This document shows, piece after piece, positions 16,765 to 27,501 of a stretch of DNA of 64,000 nucleotides. The notes under the pieces are model-generated. The model was given only the letters and a program-made list of their open reading frames with translations, was not told the origin of the DNA and ran no database searches. How positions within the stretch are numbered: the stretch's first letter is position 1; each line of letters starts with the position of its first letter. The stretch covers positions 50,347 to 114,346 of the forward strand of contig DCFW01000005.1 in the NCBI GenBank assembly GCA_002315435.1, given 5' to 3'. Made by a program: the position numbers and the translations under genes. The stretch comes from Bacteroidales bacterium UBA1794. GTDB lineage: Bacteria; Bacteroidota; Bacteroidia; Bacteroidales; Bacteroidaceae.

Positions 16765-17478
16765 ATGAAAAAATGGGTTGGGCACATCGTTGATGATGAC
16801 TTGGGAACAATAAAAATACAAACTAATATTAGAGCTAGGCGCATTATATTCAGAGTAAAAGATAATATTCTGAATATGACATTACCTCCGGATATTACTC
16901 GTCATGAGATTGACACGAGTATCAAACGACTTAAACCTAGATTGCTGATAATGCTTCAAAATATAAAAGGTAAAACCCTCATTTTTAATTTTGAATACAC
17001 AATTAATACTCCTTTATTTCATCTTGTTATTGAAAGGTCTGAAAGACAGATGATGCAAGTAATTGAAATAGCTGATAATATAAAATTGTTGTGTCCTACA
17101 ACTCTAGATTTTCAGAATGAGGATTCTCAGTTATTGGTGCGGAAAGTAATAACTAATTTAATGGTGAAAAGAGCAGAAGAGATTCTTCCGAAAATGCTTG
17201 ATAATATATGTGAGAAATGTAAATTGTCATATAAGAGTGTACGTATCTCAAAAGCTCAAACTCGTTGGGGAAGCTGTTCTTCTAGCAAAAATATAAGCCT
17301 GAATTGCTACTTATTATTACTTCCTATGTATTTGATTGAATCGGTAATGATTCATGAATTATGTCATACTATAGAAATGAACCATGGTCCGCGTTTTTGG
17401 GCTCTGATGGATCAGTTTACAAATAATAAAGCGAAAGCTCTTCGTGAAGAAATAAAAAAATATCAGTGCTGTTTGTGA
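16765..17478 (+). CDS. YgjP-like (DUF45/M48-like) zinc metallohydrolase
   Basis: 237 aa. The C-terminal HELCHTIEMNHGPRFW contains the HExxH zinc motif in the context typical of the YgjP/DUF45 family. Confidence 0.75.
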   Translation: MKKWVGHIVDDDLGTIKIQTNIRARRIIFRVKDNILNMTLPPDITRHEIDTSIKRLKPRLLIMLQNIKGKTLIFNFEYTINTPLFHLVIERSERQMMQVIEIADNIKLLCPTTLDFQNEDSQLLVRKVITNLMVKRAEEILPKMLDNICEKCKLSYKSVRISKAQTRWGSCSSSKNISLNCYLLLLPMYLIESVMIHELCHTIEMNHGPRFWALMDQFTNNKAKALREEIKKYQCCL

Positions 17479-17567
17479 TTTAATGTTTCTTTCGTATACT
17501 TTTTTTAATCATTATTTTGTGCATGAATAGATTTATTGTATATTTGCAGCGAATATAGATGAAATGT

Positions 17568-17592
17568 GAGGGCGATTAGAAGCCCTTTTTTT
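17568..17592 (+). terminator. Weak intrinsic terminator-like hairpin plus a T7 run between the YgjP-like gene and rimP
   Basis: 17568-17573 pairs with 17582-17587 (core GGGC/GCCC plus A-T and G-U pairs, 8-nt loop). TTTTTTT follows at 17586-17592. Confidence 0.5.
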
Positions 17593-17597
17593 GTTCT

Positions 17598-17605
17598 TAA
17601 TTTTG
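17598..17605 (+). promoter_or_regulatory. Bacteroides-type -7 box (TAATTTTG) directly upstream of rimP
   Basis: TAnnTTTG match ending 5 nt before the ATG at 17611, which would give a near-leaderless mRNA. A second match, TATATTTG, lies at 17539-17546. Confidence 0.35.
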
Positions 17606-17610
17606 CAAGG

Positions 17611-18078
17611 ATGATAGAAAAAAGTACTGTTTACCAGATCGTTGAAGAATGGCTGAAGAACAAGGAGTATTTTATTGTGGACGTAATTGTTGGTGTCGAT
17701 GATAAAATTGTGGTTGAGATTGATCATGCTGATGGTGTGTGGATAGAAGATTGTGTAGAGCTCAGTCGTTTTATCGAAGCTCATTTGGATCGAGAAAAAG
17801 AAGATTACGAACTAGAGGTTGGTTCTGCTGGTATAGGACAGCCATTTAAAGTGTTGCAACAATATTTGGTGCATATCGGTGATGATGTGGAAGTGATAAC
17901 GAATGCCGGGAAGAAAATAGTTGGTATTCTAAAAGAAGCTAATGAACAAACTTTTACGATATCTGTTCAGAAAAAAGTTAAGGAAGAAGGGAATAAACGT
18001 CCAAAGACCGTTGCTGTGGATGAAACCTTCAAATATGATGAAATAAAATATACGAAATATTTAATTAGTTTCAAATAA
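17611..18078 (+). CDS. rimP: Ribosome maturation factor RimP
   Basis: 155 aa from ATG 17611 (MIEKSTVYQIVEEWL). It sits immediately upstream of nusA-infB, the conserved operon order. The track start at 17566 would add 15 residues spanning the promoter/terminator. Confidence 0.85.
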   Translation: MIEKSTVYQIVEEWLKNKEYFIVDVIVGVDDKIVVEIDHADGVWIEDCVELSRFIEAHLDREKEDYELEVGSAGIGQPFKVLQQYLVHIGDDVEVITNAGKKIVGILKEANEQTFTISVQKKVKEEGNKRPKTVAVDETFKYDEIKYTKYLISFK

Positions 18079-18080
18079 AT

Positions 18081-19352
18081 ATGGCTAAGAAAACAGAGGA
18101 TACAGTGAGTTTGATCGATACTTTTCAAGAGTTTAAAGAACTGAAAAATATCGACAAAACAACTATGGTCAGTGTGCTCGAGGAATCGTTCCGCAGTGTC
18201 ATTGCCAAAATGTTTGGTACAGATGAAAATTACGATGTAATAGTTAATCCAGACAAGGGCGATTTTGAGATTTGGCGTAATCGTCAGGTTGTTAATGATG
18301 AGGAGTTGAAGAACGCGAATTTAGAGATATCATTGACGGATGCAAAAAAAATAGATGCATCGTATGAAGAAGGGGAAGAGGTTACTGATGAAGTGCATTT
18401 CGCAGATTTTGGACGTCGTGCTATTCTGAACTTGAGACAAACGTTGGCATCGAAGATCCTTGAACTAGAAAAGGATAGTATATATACAAAATATACAGAT
18501 CAGATTGGAACTATTATCAGTGCTGAAGTTTATCAAATATGGAAAAAGGAAATCCTTTTGCTTGATGATGAAGGCAATGAATTGTTGCTTCCTAAAACAG
18601 AACAGATACCAAGTGATTTTTATCGCAAAGGAGAGACTGTTCGTGCGGTAATCGCTCGAGTAGATAATAGAAATAACAATCCAAAGATTATTCTTTCGCG
18701 TATCGATCCGGCCTTTTTGGAAAGATTATTGGAAATGGAAGTTCCTGAAATAAATGACGGATTAATAACCATTAAAAAAGTCGCTCGAATTCCTGGTGAA
18801 CGTGCCAAAGTAGCTGTTGAGTCATATGATGAACGGATTGATCCGGTTGGTGCATGTGTGGGAGTGAAAGGAAGCCGTATCCACGGGATTGTTAGAGAGT
18901 TGAGAAATGAAAACATTGATGTAATTAGTTACACATCAAATGTGTCATTGTTTATTCAGCGTGCTTTAAGTCCGGCCAAAGTAACAGATGTTAGGCTTGA
19001 TGAAGAAAATCATAGAGCCGAGGTTCATTTGAAGCCAGAAGAAGTATCGCTTGCTATTGGTAAAGGCGGCTTAAATATTAAGCTGGCCAGTATGTTAACA
19101 GAGTACACTATTGATGTGTTCCGTGATCTACCTGAAGGGGTTGACGTAAACGAAGAGGATATCTATCTTGATGAGTTCCGAGACGAGATAGATGGATGGG
19201 TGATTGATGCTATCAAGTCTATTGGCATTGATACTGCTAAGGCTGTTATCAATGCTCCGCGCGAAATGTTAATTGAAAAGGCTGATCTTGAAGAGAATAC
19301 GGTTGATGAAGTGTTGCGCATTTTGAAAGCAGAGTTTGAAGAAGATAAATAA
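18081..19352 (+). CDS. nusA: Transcription termination/antitermination factor NusA
   Basis: 423 aa with S1 and tandem KH regions (ACVGVKGSRIHGIVRELRNENIDV; AIGKGGLNIKLAS). Confidence 0.95.
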   Translation: MAKKTEDTVSLIDTFQEFKELKNIDKTTMVSVLEESFRSVIAKMFGTDENYDVIVNPDKGDFEIWRNRQVVNDEELKNANLEISLTDAKKIDASYEEGEEVTDEVHFADFGRRAILNLRQTLASKILELEKDSIYTKYTDQIGTIISAEVYQIWKKEILLLDDEGNELLLPKTEQIPSDFYRKGETVRAVIARVDNRNNNPKIILSRIDPAFLERLLEMEVPEINDGLITIKKVARIPGERAKVAVESYDERIDPVGACVGVKGSRIHGIVRELRNENIDVISYTSNVSLFIQRALSPAKVTDVRLDEENHRAEVHLKPEEVSLAIGKGGLNIKLASMLTEYTIDVFRDLPEGVDVNEEDIYLDEFRDEIDGWVIDAIKSIGIDTAKAVINAPREMLIEKADLEENTVDEVLRILKAEFEEDK

Positions 19353-19355
19353 AGT

Positions 19356-22300
19356 ATGACGATTAGGTTAAATAAAGTAACAAGAGATTTGAATGTAGGA
19401 ATTAAGACGGTTGTCGAGTTCCTACAAAAGAAAGGTTTTAATATAGAGGAGAATCCAAATACAAAAATTTCTTCTGATCAATATGATTTACTTGTCAGCG
19501 AATTTAGTAATGACAAGAAAGAGCGTATTAAATCGGAAGAGTTTATTCATCAACGCCAGAAAAAAGATAAAAATAAATCTTCTGTTTCAATTGGCGATAC
19601 AGATGAAGAGGTAAATGATGAAGTGAAATCTTCGGCCCCAAATGAAAATGAAATAAAGACGGTGATTCCTGATGAAGCGAAGCCTAAGTTTAAACCTGTA
19701 GGCAAAATTGATTTAGATAAGTATAATAAGAAAAGTCAAAAATCACCTGATCATTCTACTAATAAGGACGAGAGTGTAAAGTCGAAAGATGTAGTTGCTA
19801 AAACGGAGAAGGTTGAGAAAATTGAACCGGTAATCACAGAATCGCAAAACAAAATTAAAGAAAAGGTGAAGAGTGTTCACCCTGAAAAAAAGAGTGAAGA
19901 AAAAACGATTGATAATCAACCTGAAGCTATTGTTACAGAAAATAGACCTATCGTGAAAGAAGAGAAAATGAATCAACCCGGTAAGGATGCTACTAATAAA
20001 GTGAGTGTCAATAAAAAGGAATCTGCCGAGAAGGCTGAGGGATTGGTGAAACATGAGGATGGCATTTTTACCATTCGCCCAACAGAACACATTCAAAAGA
20101 TTAATGTCATTGGTAAAATAGACCTTTCACAAATTAATCAGTCTACTCGTCCTAAAAAGAAATCAAAGGAAGAGAAACGCAAAGAACGCGAAGACAAAGA
20201 ACGTGTGCGTCAAGATCAACGTAAGCAGATGAAAGATTCGATTCTGCGTGAAATACGGGCCAAAGATGGTAAACCTACCATTGGCGAAAAAGCACCGGAA
20301 AAGGACGCTGCTAATAATGATGCGTTAAAGAAAAAGAAGCGAAGTCGTATAAATAAAGAGCGTGTTGATATAAATTCCGTATCCAATTCGTCTTCCGCTA
20401 ATAATGGAAAGAGCAATGGTAATGGTAATGGTAATGGTAATAGAAGCGCCAATACAAATGCCAATAGAACAGGAGCCCCTAGAATCGGAGCACCAAGTAA
20501 GCCTGGGGCCCCTAATAGTAATAGACCTGGACCTAGATTTGGAAGAAGCAATAGTAACAATAATAATCGTCCTAAGAAAGCTTTTGTGAAAGCCGAAGTT
20601 AGTGATGAAGATGTTGCAAAACAAGTAAAAGAAACTTTAGCTCGATTAACCAACAAGGGAAAGAACAAAACTTCGAAGTATCGTAAAGAGAAACGTGGTA
20701 TTGCTCAAAACCGAGAACGTGAGTTGGAAAGAGATGAACAGAAAGACAGTAAAATAATCAAACTTACTGAATTCGTTACAGCCAATGAGCTTGCAAGCAT
20801 GATGGATGTATCTGTTACAAAAATTATTGCTACTTGTATGAGTATCGGTATGATGGTTTCAATTAACCAACGATTGGATGCTGAAACCATTAATATGGTT
20901 ACTGAAGAATTTGGTTTTAAGACTGAATTTGTAAGTGCCGAAGTTGCTCAAGCTATTGTTGAAGAAGACGATAAAACAGAAGATTTAGTTTCGCGTCCTC
21001 CTATTGTAACGGTAATGGGACACGTTGACCACGGTAAAACATCACTGCTTGACTACATTCGTAGTGCAAACGTGATTGCAGGTGAAGCAGGTGGTATCAC
21101 TCAGCATATTGGAGCTTATAATGTAACATTGGATAGTGGTCGTCATATCACATTCCTTGATACTCCGGGACATGAGGCCTTCACGGCTATGCGTGCTCGT
21201 GGAGCTCAAGTAACGGATATCGCCATTATTATAGTTGCTGCTGATGATGATGTAATGCCACAGACAAAGGAGGCAATCAATCATGCTGCTGCTGCTGGTG
21301 TACCAATCGTATTTGCAATTAATAAAATTGATAAACCTACTGCTAATGCAGACAAGATAAAAGAGGCTTTGTCTAGTATGAATTATCTTGTTGAAGAATG
21401 GGGTGGTAAGTATCAATCACAAGATATTTCAGCTAAAAAAGGTATTGGTGTAAAAGATTTACTTGATAAAGTGTTGCTTGAGGCAGATATGCTTGAGCTG
21501 AAAGCCAATCCAAGTAGAAAAGCAACCGGATCAGTTATTGAATCGTCTTTGGATAAAGGACGTGGATATGTGGCTACTGTGTTGGTTTCTAATGGAACAT
21601 TAAAGGTAGGTGATATAGTTTTGGCCGGGACAAGTTTTGGTCGTGTAAAGGCTATGTTTAATGAACGCAATCAACGCATTCAACAAGCAGCCCCTTCTGA
21701 ACCGGCTCTTATCTTAGGTTTAGACGGTGCTCCTCAGGCTGGTGATGTATTCCATGTATTTGATACAGACCAAGAGGCTAGAGAAATTGCTAACAAGCGT
21801 GAACAATTACAGCGTGAACAAGGTTTACGTACTCAGAAGCTGCTTACTCTTGATGAAGTGGGTCGTAGAATTGCACTAGGAAATTTCCAAGAATTGAACA
21901 TTATAGTCAAGGGAGATGTTGATGGTTCTATAGAGGCATTAAGTGATTCACTGATTAAGTTGTCAACCCCGCAGATACAAATTAATGTGATTCACAAAGC
22001 TGTTGGTCAGATTTCAGAATCTGATGTCAGTTTGGCTGCTGCTTCGGATGCCATTATTATTGGTTTCCAAGTACGTCCATCTGCAATGGCTCGTCGATTA
22101 GCCGATCAGGAAGGTGTGGACATCCGCCTCTATTCTGTAATCTATTCGGCTATCGAAGAAGTTAAGTCAGCAATGGAAGGTATGCTGGCACCTGAAATGA
22201 GAGAGCAAGTTACATCCACAATCGAAGTACGTGAGGTTTATCACATAAGTAAGATTGGAACTGTAGCCGGAGCTATTGTCAAGGAAGGTAAGGCTAAACG

Positions 22301-22499
22301 CTCTGATAGAGCTCGTTTGATTCGCGACGGTATCGTGATATTCACGGGTCAGATCAATGCTTTGAAGAGGTTTAAGGATGATGTGAAAGAAGTACCGGTT
22401 AACTTTGAGTGTGGTATCAGTTTGGTCAACTGCAGTGATATTCTGGAAGGTGACTTGATTGAAACATATGATGAGGTAGCGGTAAAGCAAAAGTTATAA
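19356..22499 (+). CDS. infB: Translation initiation factor IF-2
   Basis: 1047 aa. A long low-complexity Lys/Glu/Asn-rich N-terminus is followed by a GTPase domain ([24 protein letters not shown]). Confidence 0.95.
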   Translation: MTIRLNKVTRDLNVGIKTVVEFLQKKGFNIEENPNTKISSDQYDLLVSEFSNDKKERIKSEEFIHQRQKKDKNKSSVSIGDTDEEVNDEVKSSAPNENEIKTVIPDEAKPKFKPVGKIDLDKYNKKSQKSPDHSTNKDESVKSKDVVAKTEKVEKIEPVITESQNKIKEKVKSVHPEKKSEEKTIDNQPEAIVTENRPIVKEEKMNQPGKDATNKVSVNKKESAEKAEGLVKHEDGIFTIRPTEHIQKINVIGKIDLSQINQSTRPKKKSKEEKRKEREDKERVRQDQRKQMKDSILREIRAKDGKPTIGEKAPEKDAANNDALKKKKRSRINKERVDINSVSNSSSANNGKSNGNGNGNGNRSANTNANRTGAPRIGAPSKPGAPNSNRPGPRFGRSNSNNNNRPKKAFVKAEVSDEDVAKQVKETLARLTNKGKNKTSKYRKEKRGIAQNRERELERDEQKDSKIIKLTEFVTANELASMMDVSVTKIIATCMSIGMMVSINQRLDAETINMVTEEFGFKTEFVSAEVAQAIVEEDDKTEDLVSRPPIVTVMGHVDHGKTSLLDYIRSANVIAGEAGGITQHIGAYNVTLDSGRHITFLDTPGHEAFTAMRARGAQVTDIAIIIVAADDDVMPQTKEAINHAAAAGVPIVFAINKIDKPTANADKIKEALSSMNYLVEEWGGKYQSQDISAKKGIGVKDLLDKVLLEADMLELKANPSRKATGSVIESSLDKGRGYVATVLVSNGTLKVGDIVLAGTSFGRVKAMFNERNQRIQQAAPSEPALILGLDGAPQAGDVFHVFDTDQEAREIANKREQLQREQGLRTQKLLTLDEVGRRIALGNFQELNIIVKGDVDGSIEALSDSLIKLSTPQIQINVIHKAVGQISESDVSLAAASDAIIIGFQVRPSAMARRLADQEGVDIRLYSVIYSAIEEVKSAMEGMLAPEMREQVTSTIEVREVYHISKIGTVAGAIVKEGKAKRSDRARLIRDGIVIFTGQINALKRFKDDVKEVPVNFECGISLVNCSDILEGDLIETYDEVAVKQKL
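20415..20441 (+). repeat. Hexanucleotide tandem repeat (AATGGT)x4 plus AAT inside infB
   Basis: Read directly. It encodes NGNGNGNGN within the disordered N-terminal region of IF-2. Confidence 0.9.
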
Positions 22500-22524
22500 A
22501 CGTAAGTACGTAAAATTTATATAG

Positions 22525-22577
22525 GCGGGGCGCAGAGTTGAATATTTTTGACTCCGTGGCTCCGCTTTCTATTTTTT
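22525..22577 (+). terminator. Possible intrinsic terminator after infB
   Basis: 22525-22531 GCGGGGC pairs with 22559-22565 GCTCCGC (one G-U pair) around a long loop. TTTCTATTTTTT follows. The loop contains a TATTTTTG -7-like motif (22543-22550) 50 nt upstream of sufB. Confidence 0.4.
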
Positions 22578-22599
22578 ACTCTTTTAATAATATATTGAG

Positions 22600-24060
22600 A
22601 TGAATGAACAGGAAGATGCAAACAAATTAATAAAAGAGGTAACTCAGGAGAAATATAAGTATGGTTTCACTACCGATGTGGATACCGATATTATTCCGAA
22701 AGGACTTAATGAAGATGTTATTCGCCTGATCTCTTTCAAAAAGCAAGAACCTGATTGGTTGTTGCAATTACGCTTGGATGCATTTCGCTATTGGGAAACG
22801 ATGAAGATGCCGCATTGGGCGCATCTGCGTATTCCGGAGATTGATTTCCAAGCTATTTCTTATTATGCTGATCCTACCAAAAAGAAAGTAGGCACGGCTA
22901 AAAGTAGAGACGATCTTGATCCTGAAATGGTGAAGACGTTTAATAAACTAGGTATTCCATTGGAAGAACAGTTGGCACTCAGTGGCATGGCTGTTGATGC
23001 AGTGATGGATTCTGTATCGGTGAAGACTACTTATAAAGACACTTTGATGGAAAAAGGAATTATATTCTGTTCCATTAGTGAAGCAGTCCGTGAACACCCT
23101 GATTTGGTTCGAAAGTATTTAGGTTCAGTAGTTCCTTATCGTGATAATTATTTCGCAGCTCTTAATTCAGCTGTATTCTCGGATGGATCTTTTGTCTATA
23201 TCCCTAGTGGAGTACGTTGCCCTATGGAACTATCTACTTATTTCAGAATCAATGCACGTAATACCGGACAGTTCGAACGTACACTTATTGTGGCCGAAGA
23301 TGATGCCTATGTAAGTTATCTTGAAGGCTGTACGGCTCCGATGCGTGATGAGACACAATTGCATGCTGCTATTGTGGAAATCTGTGTACATGAGAATGCT
23401 GAAGTAAAGTATTCAACCGTACAGAATTGGTATCCTGGCGATGAGAACGGTAAGGGCGGTGTATATAACTTCGTGACCAAACGTGCATTGTGCAAAGGAA
23501 ATAACTCAAAGATATCATGGACACAGGTAGAAACCGGTTCGGCAATCACATGGAAATATCCAAGTTGTATATTGGCAGGTGACAATTCTGTAGGCGAGTT
23601 CTATTCAGTCGCTGTCACCAATAATTACCAACAAGCTGACACCGGTACGAAAATGATACACTTGGGCAAGAACACTTCCAGTACGATTGTAAGTAAAGGT
23701 ATTAGTGCCGGACATAGTCAAAACTCGTATCGTGGGTTAGTGAAGGTATCTGAAAAAGCCAATAATGCGCGTAACTACAGTCAGTGCGACAGTTTGTTGA
23801 TGGGAGATAAATGTGGTGCTCACACATTTCCTTACATGGATATAAAGAATAATACGGCAGTGGTTGAACATGAAGCTACCACTTCAAAGATAAATGAAGA
23901 TCAGCTATTTTATTGCAACCAGAGAGGCATTTCTACAGAAGATGCTGTGGGATTGATTGTGAACGGATATGCAAAGGAAGTATTGAATAAACTACCGATG
24001 GAGTTTGCCGTTGAGGCTCAGAAACTATTGAGTGTTTCTCTTGAAGGCAGTGTCGGTTAA
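22600..24060 (+). CDS. sufB: Fe-S cluster assembly scaffold protein SufB
   Basis: 486 aa. It is the first gene of a sufBCDS operon and has a typical SufB C-terminal region ([19 protein letters not shown]). Confidence 0.95.
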   Translation: MNEQEDANKLIKEVTQEKYKYGFTTDVDTDIIPKGLNEDVIRLISFKKQEPDWLLQLRLDAFRYWETMKMPHWAHLRIPEIDFQAISYYADPTKKKVGTAKSRDDLDPEMVKTFNKLGIPLEEQLALSGMAVDAVMDSVSVKTTYKDTLMEKGIIFCSISEAVREHPDLVRKYLGSVVPYRDNYFAALNSAVFSDGSFVYIPSGVRCPMELSTYFRINARNTGQFERTLIVAEDDAYVSYLEGCTAPMRDETQLHAAIVEICVHENAEVKYSTVQNWYPGDENGKGGVYNFVTKRALCKGNNSKISWTQVETGSAITWKYPSCILAGDNSVGEFYSVAVTNNYQQADTGTKMIHLGKNTSSTIVSKGISAGHSQNSYRGLVKVSEKANNARNYSQCDSLLMGDKCGAHTFPYMDIKNNTAVVEHEATTSKINEDQLFYCNQRGISTEDAVGLIVNGYAKEVLNKLPMEFAVEAQKLLSVSLEGSVG

Positions 24061-24080
24061 TATAATAAATAGAGTAAAGT

Positions 24081-24839
24081 ATGTTAGAGATAAAAGATTT
24101 GCACGCAAGTGTAGAAGGAAAAGAAATATTGAAAGGAATCAACCTTACGGTAAAAGCCGGTGAGGTGCATGCTATAATGGGGCCAAATGGATCAGGCAAG
24201 AGTACATTGTCTTCTGTATTGGTTGGTGATCCTAAGTTTACGGTAACAAGCGGTAGTGTCACATTCAAGGGAAAAGATCTGTTGACTCTTTCTCCTGAGG
24301 ACAGAAGCCATGAGGGAATCTTCCTTAGTTTCCAATATCCAGTAGAAATACCGGGTGTAAGTATGGTCAATTTTATGCGTGCTGCAGTCAATGAACATCG
24401 TAAATACAAAGGCTTGGAAGCACTTTCTGCTCCTGCTTTCTTGAAGCTCATGCGTGAAAGACGTGCAGTGGTGGAGATGGATAATAAGTTGGCTAACCGT
24501 TCAGTGAATGAAGGATTCAGTGGTGGTGAAAAGAAACGTAACGAGATTTTTCAGATGGCTATGCTTGAACCGTGCCTTTCTATACTTGATGAGACCGATT
24601 CGGGACTTGACATTGATGCGTTGCGTATAGTTGCTGAGGGCGTGAACAAGCTGAAAGACCCTGCTAAAAGTACGATTGTAATTACACATTATCAACGTTT
24701 GCTTGACTATATCAAACCGGATATTGTGCATGTTCTATATAAAGGTCGTATTGTAAAGACTGCCGGACCTGAACTGGCTTTGGAGCTGGAGAAAAGAGGT
24801 TATGATTGGATTAAGGAAGAATTAGGAGAAGAAGTATGA
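24081..24839 (+). CDS. sufC: Fe-S cluster assembly ATPase SufC
   Basis: 252 aa. Walker A GPNGSGKST, signature FSGGEKKR and Walker B ILDETDSGLD. Confidence 0.95.
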   Translation: MLEIKDLHASVEGKEILKGINLTVKAGEVHAIMGPNGSGKSTLSSVLVGDPKFTVTSGSVTFKGKDLLTLSPEDRSHEGIFLSFQYPVEIPGVSMVNFMRAAVNEHRKYKGLEALSAPAFLKLMRERRAVVEMDNKLANRSVNEGFSGGEKKRNEIFQMAMLEPCLSILDETDSGLDIDALRIVAEGVNKLKDPAKSTIVITHYQRLLDYIKPDIVHVLYKGRIVKTAGPELALELEKRGYDWIKEELGEEV

Positions 24840-26179
24840 GTGCCGCACAACAATATATCGATATCTTCCGGCAGACAAAGTCCATGATAAACAAGCATAG
24901 TGCACCCGTGTTGAATGCTTTGCGGGATGATGCTATGGCATGTTTTGAAAAAGCGGGACTGCCTACTAAGAAGATAGAACGATATAGATATATAGATATG
25001 GAGGCCATGTTTGCCCCCGATTATGGATTGAATTTGAATAAACTTGATATTCCCGTCAACCCGTATGATGTGTTCCATTGCGATGTGCCTAATATGAGTA
25101 CATTGCTCTATTTCGTAGTGAACGATGCTTTTTATGACAAGTTGTTGCCTAAGGTGAAGTTGCCTGAAGGAGTCATCCTGGGATCTTTACGTCAAGCAGC
25201 TGAGAAGCATCCTGATTTGGTAAGCAAATACTACGGTAAGCTTGCCAAGATAGAGAATGAATCAGTCGTAGCATTGAATACAGCCTTTACACAGGATGGA
25301 CTATTTATCTATGTTCCTAAGAATGTAAAGGTTGAAAAAACAGTTCAAGTCATTAATATTCTTCGTTCGGATGTAGACTTGATGGCGAATCGTCGGGTAT
25401 TGATCGTACTTGAAGAAGGTGCTTCATTAGACATCTTGTTTTGTGATCATACAATGGACGAGAACAATTTCTTGTCCACTCAGGTGATGGAAGTATATGC
25501 AGGGCCTAATTCGCATCTTGATTTGTATGAGCTTGAAGAAACAGGATTGAAGTCCCGTTGTGTCCGTAACATGTATGTTCGTCAAGAGGCCGACAGTAAC
25601 GTGTTGCTTAACAATATGACTCTGTATAATGGCATGACCAGAAATACGACCGAAGTAAGCCTTGTTGGCGAAGGTGCCGAAATCGGAATGTATGGCATGG
25701 CTATCGAGGATAGAGAGCAATTGGTGGACAATAATACTTTTATTGATCATGTGGTCGGACGCTGCAGAAGTCGTGAACTATATAAATATGTACTTGATGA
25801 CAGTAGTACGGGAGCGTTTGCTGGGAAAGTGCTAGTACGCCCGAATGCACAGAAGACCGATTCGCAACAAACGAACCGGGACCTTTGTATGACAAAGACA
25901 GCTCACATGTACACTCAACCCCAATTGGAAATTTATGCAGATGATGTGAAATGTGCTCATGGCGCAGCCGTCGGACAGCTCGATGAGAGTGCATTATTTT
26001 ATATGCGCGCAAGAGGTATCGACGAACATGAAGCGCGTTTGTTGCTGATGTTTGCTTTTGTAAATGATGTGATAGATACGATCAATATTGATGTGTTGAA
26101 GGATCGCCTTCATCATTTGGTAGAGAAACGTTTCCGTAAAGAATTATCAGGTTGCGCCAGTTGTAAAATATGTAAATAA
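24836..26179 (+). CDS. sufD: Fe-S cluster assembly protein SufD
   Basis: 447 aa. It overlaps the sufC stop by 4 nt and has a SufB/D beta-helix C-terminal region (KCAHGAAVGQLDESALFYMRARGI). Confidence 0.9.
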   Translation: MSAAQQYIDIFRQTKSMINKHSAPVLNALRDDAMACFEKAGLPTKKIERYRYIDMEAMFAPDYGLNLNKLDIPVNPYDVFHCDVPNMSTLLYFVVNDAFYDKLLPKVKLPEGVILGSLRQAAEKHPDLVSKYYGKLAKIENESVVALNTAFTQDGLFIYVPKNVKVEKTVQVINILRSDVDLMANRRVLIVLEEGASLDILFCDHTMDENNFLSTQVMEVYAGPNSHLDLYELEETGLKSRCVRNMYVRQEADSNVLLNNMTLYNGMTRNTTEVSLVGEGAEIGMYGMAIEDREQLVDNNTFIDHVVGRCRSRELYKYVLDDSSTGAFAGKVLVRPNAQKTDSQQTNRDLCMTKTAHMYTQPQLEIYADDVKCAHGAAVGQLDESALFYMRARGIDEHEARLLLMFAFVNDVIDTINIDVLKDRLHHLVEKRFRKELSGCASCKICK

Positions 26180-26192
26180 GGAGGGTTGTTAA

Positions 26193-27407
26193 ATGATAGA
26201 TGTTGAAAAAATAAGAGCTGATTTCCCTATTCTTAGTCGTACCGTGTATGACAAACCTTTGGTTTACTTTGATAATTCGGCTACAACTCAAAAGCCGCGT
26301 TGTGTGGTAGAGTCATTGGTCAACGAGTATTATTCAGTCAATGCCAATGTGCATCGTGGTGTTCATTTCCTTTCGCAACAGGCAACTGAGCTGCATGAAG
26401 CTGCTCGCGAAACCGTACGTGCCTTTATTAATGCACGTTCAACCAATGAAATTGTGTTCACACGAGGTACTACAGAAAGTATAAACTTATTGGCGTATTC
26501 ATTTGGCGAAGCATTCATGCAGGAGGGAGATGAAGTGATTCTGTCTGTCATGGAGCATCATAGCAATATAGTTCCTTGGCAAATTCTGGCTGCACGCAAA
26601 GGTATATCCATTAAGGTTATACCGATGAATGACAATGGCGAATTGCTGATGGATGAATATAAGAAGCTGTTCTCCGAGAAAACGAAACTGGTCTCTGTTA
26701 CTCATGTTTCCAATGTGTTGGGTACAGTGAATCCTGTCAAAGAGATCACTGCCATTGCTCATGAACATAATGTCCCGGTATTGATTGACGGAGCTCAATC
26801 TGTTCCGCACATGACTGTAGATATGCAAGACCTCGATGCCGAGTTTTTTGCTTTCTCAGGGCATAAAGTGTATGGACCCACTGGTGTGGGCGTGCTTTAT
26901 GGAAAGGAAGAATGGCTCAACAAACTACCTCCTTATCAAGGTGGTGGTGAAATGATACAAAGTGTAAGCTTTGAGAAGACCGTATTCGAACAGGCACCTT
27001 TGAAGTTTGAAGCCGGTACGCCCGATTACATCGGCACGACAGGTTTAGCAAAGGCAATTGATTATGTAACGGCTATCGGCATGGATAACATTGCAGCCTA
27101 TGAACATGAACTTACGGAATATGCAACCCGTCGCTTGAAAGACGTGGATGGTCTGCGTATCTTCGGCGAAGCAGAGCATAAGGGTAGTGTCATTTCATTC
27201 CTGGTCGGAAATATACATCATCTGGATATGGGAACATTGCTTGATCGTTTGGGCATTGCAGTTCGTACCGGTCATCATTGTGCACAACCATTGATGATTC
27301 GTTTAGGAATAGAAGGTACGGTGCGTGCATCTTTCTCATTCTATAATACGAAAGAGGAAATAGATGCCCTTGTTGACGGTATCAAAAAGGTAAGCAAGAT
27401 GTTTTGA
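26193..27407 (+). CDS. sufS: Cysteine desulfurase SufS (class V aminotransferase, group II)
   Basis: 404 aa. PLP-lysine region FSGHKVYGPTG and active-site Cys region RTGHHCAQPL. Confidence 0.95.
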   Translation: MIDVEKIRADFPILSRTVYDKPLVYFDNSATTQKPRCVVESLVNEYYSVNANVHRGVHFLSQQATELHEAARETVRAFINARSTNEIVFTRGTTESINLLAYSFGEAFMQEGDEVILSVMEHHSNIVPWQILAARKGISIKVIPMNDNGELLMDEYKKLFSEKTKLVSVTHVSNVLGTVNPVKEITAIAHEHNVPVLIDGAQSVPHMTVDMQDLDAEFFAFSGHKVYGPTGVGVLYGKEEWLNKLPPYQGGGEMIQSVSFEKTVFEQAPLKFEAGTPDYIGTTGLAKAIDYVTAIGMDNIAAYEHELTEYATRRLKDVDGLRIFGEAEHKGSVISFLVGNIHHLDMGTLLDRLGIAVRTGHHCAQPLMIRLGIEGTVRASFSFYNTKEEIDALVDGIKKVSKMF

Positions 27408-27427
27408 ACCATCATATATAATTATAT

Positions 27428-27468
27428 AAAAGAAAGCTTTCATCCTATTCGATGGAAGCTTTCTTTTT
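27428..27468 (+). terminator. Strong intrinsic terminator after sufS
   Basis: 27431-27444 pairs with 27451-27464 (14 bp, one G-U pair, 6-nt loop). It has an A-run upstream and TTTTT downstream. Confidence 0.85.
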
Positions 27469-27501
27469 GCCTAAATGTCCTTGAGACTTTTCCAAATCTT
27501 A

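Noticed and set aside
20404-20470. The short tandem repeat region was checked as a possible CRISPR-like or minisatellite array.
   Set aside because: The unit is only 6 nt with four copies, it is in frame inside infB, and there are no spacers. It is a coding microsatellite.
19743-20890. Several antisense or out-of-frame ORFs inside infB (19743-20096, 20216-20668, 20325-20624, 20404-20589, 20705-20890), up to 150 aa.
   Set aside because: They lie wholly inside the low-complexity Lys/Glu/Asn-rich part of IF-2. Their products are Leu/Phe/Ile-rich mirror-image sequences with no motifs, start context or promoter. They are typical shadow ORFs.
23933-24451. 172-aa minus-strand ORF spanning the sufB/sufC junction.
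   Set aside because: It is antisense to two strongly supported, conserved genes. It has no recognisable motif and no promoter or terminator on that strand.
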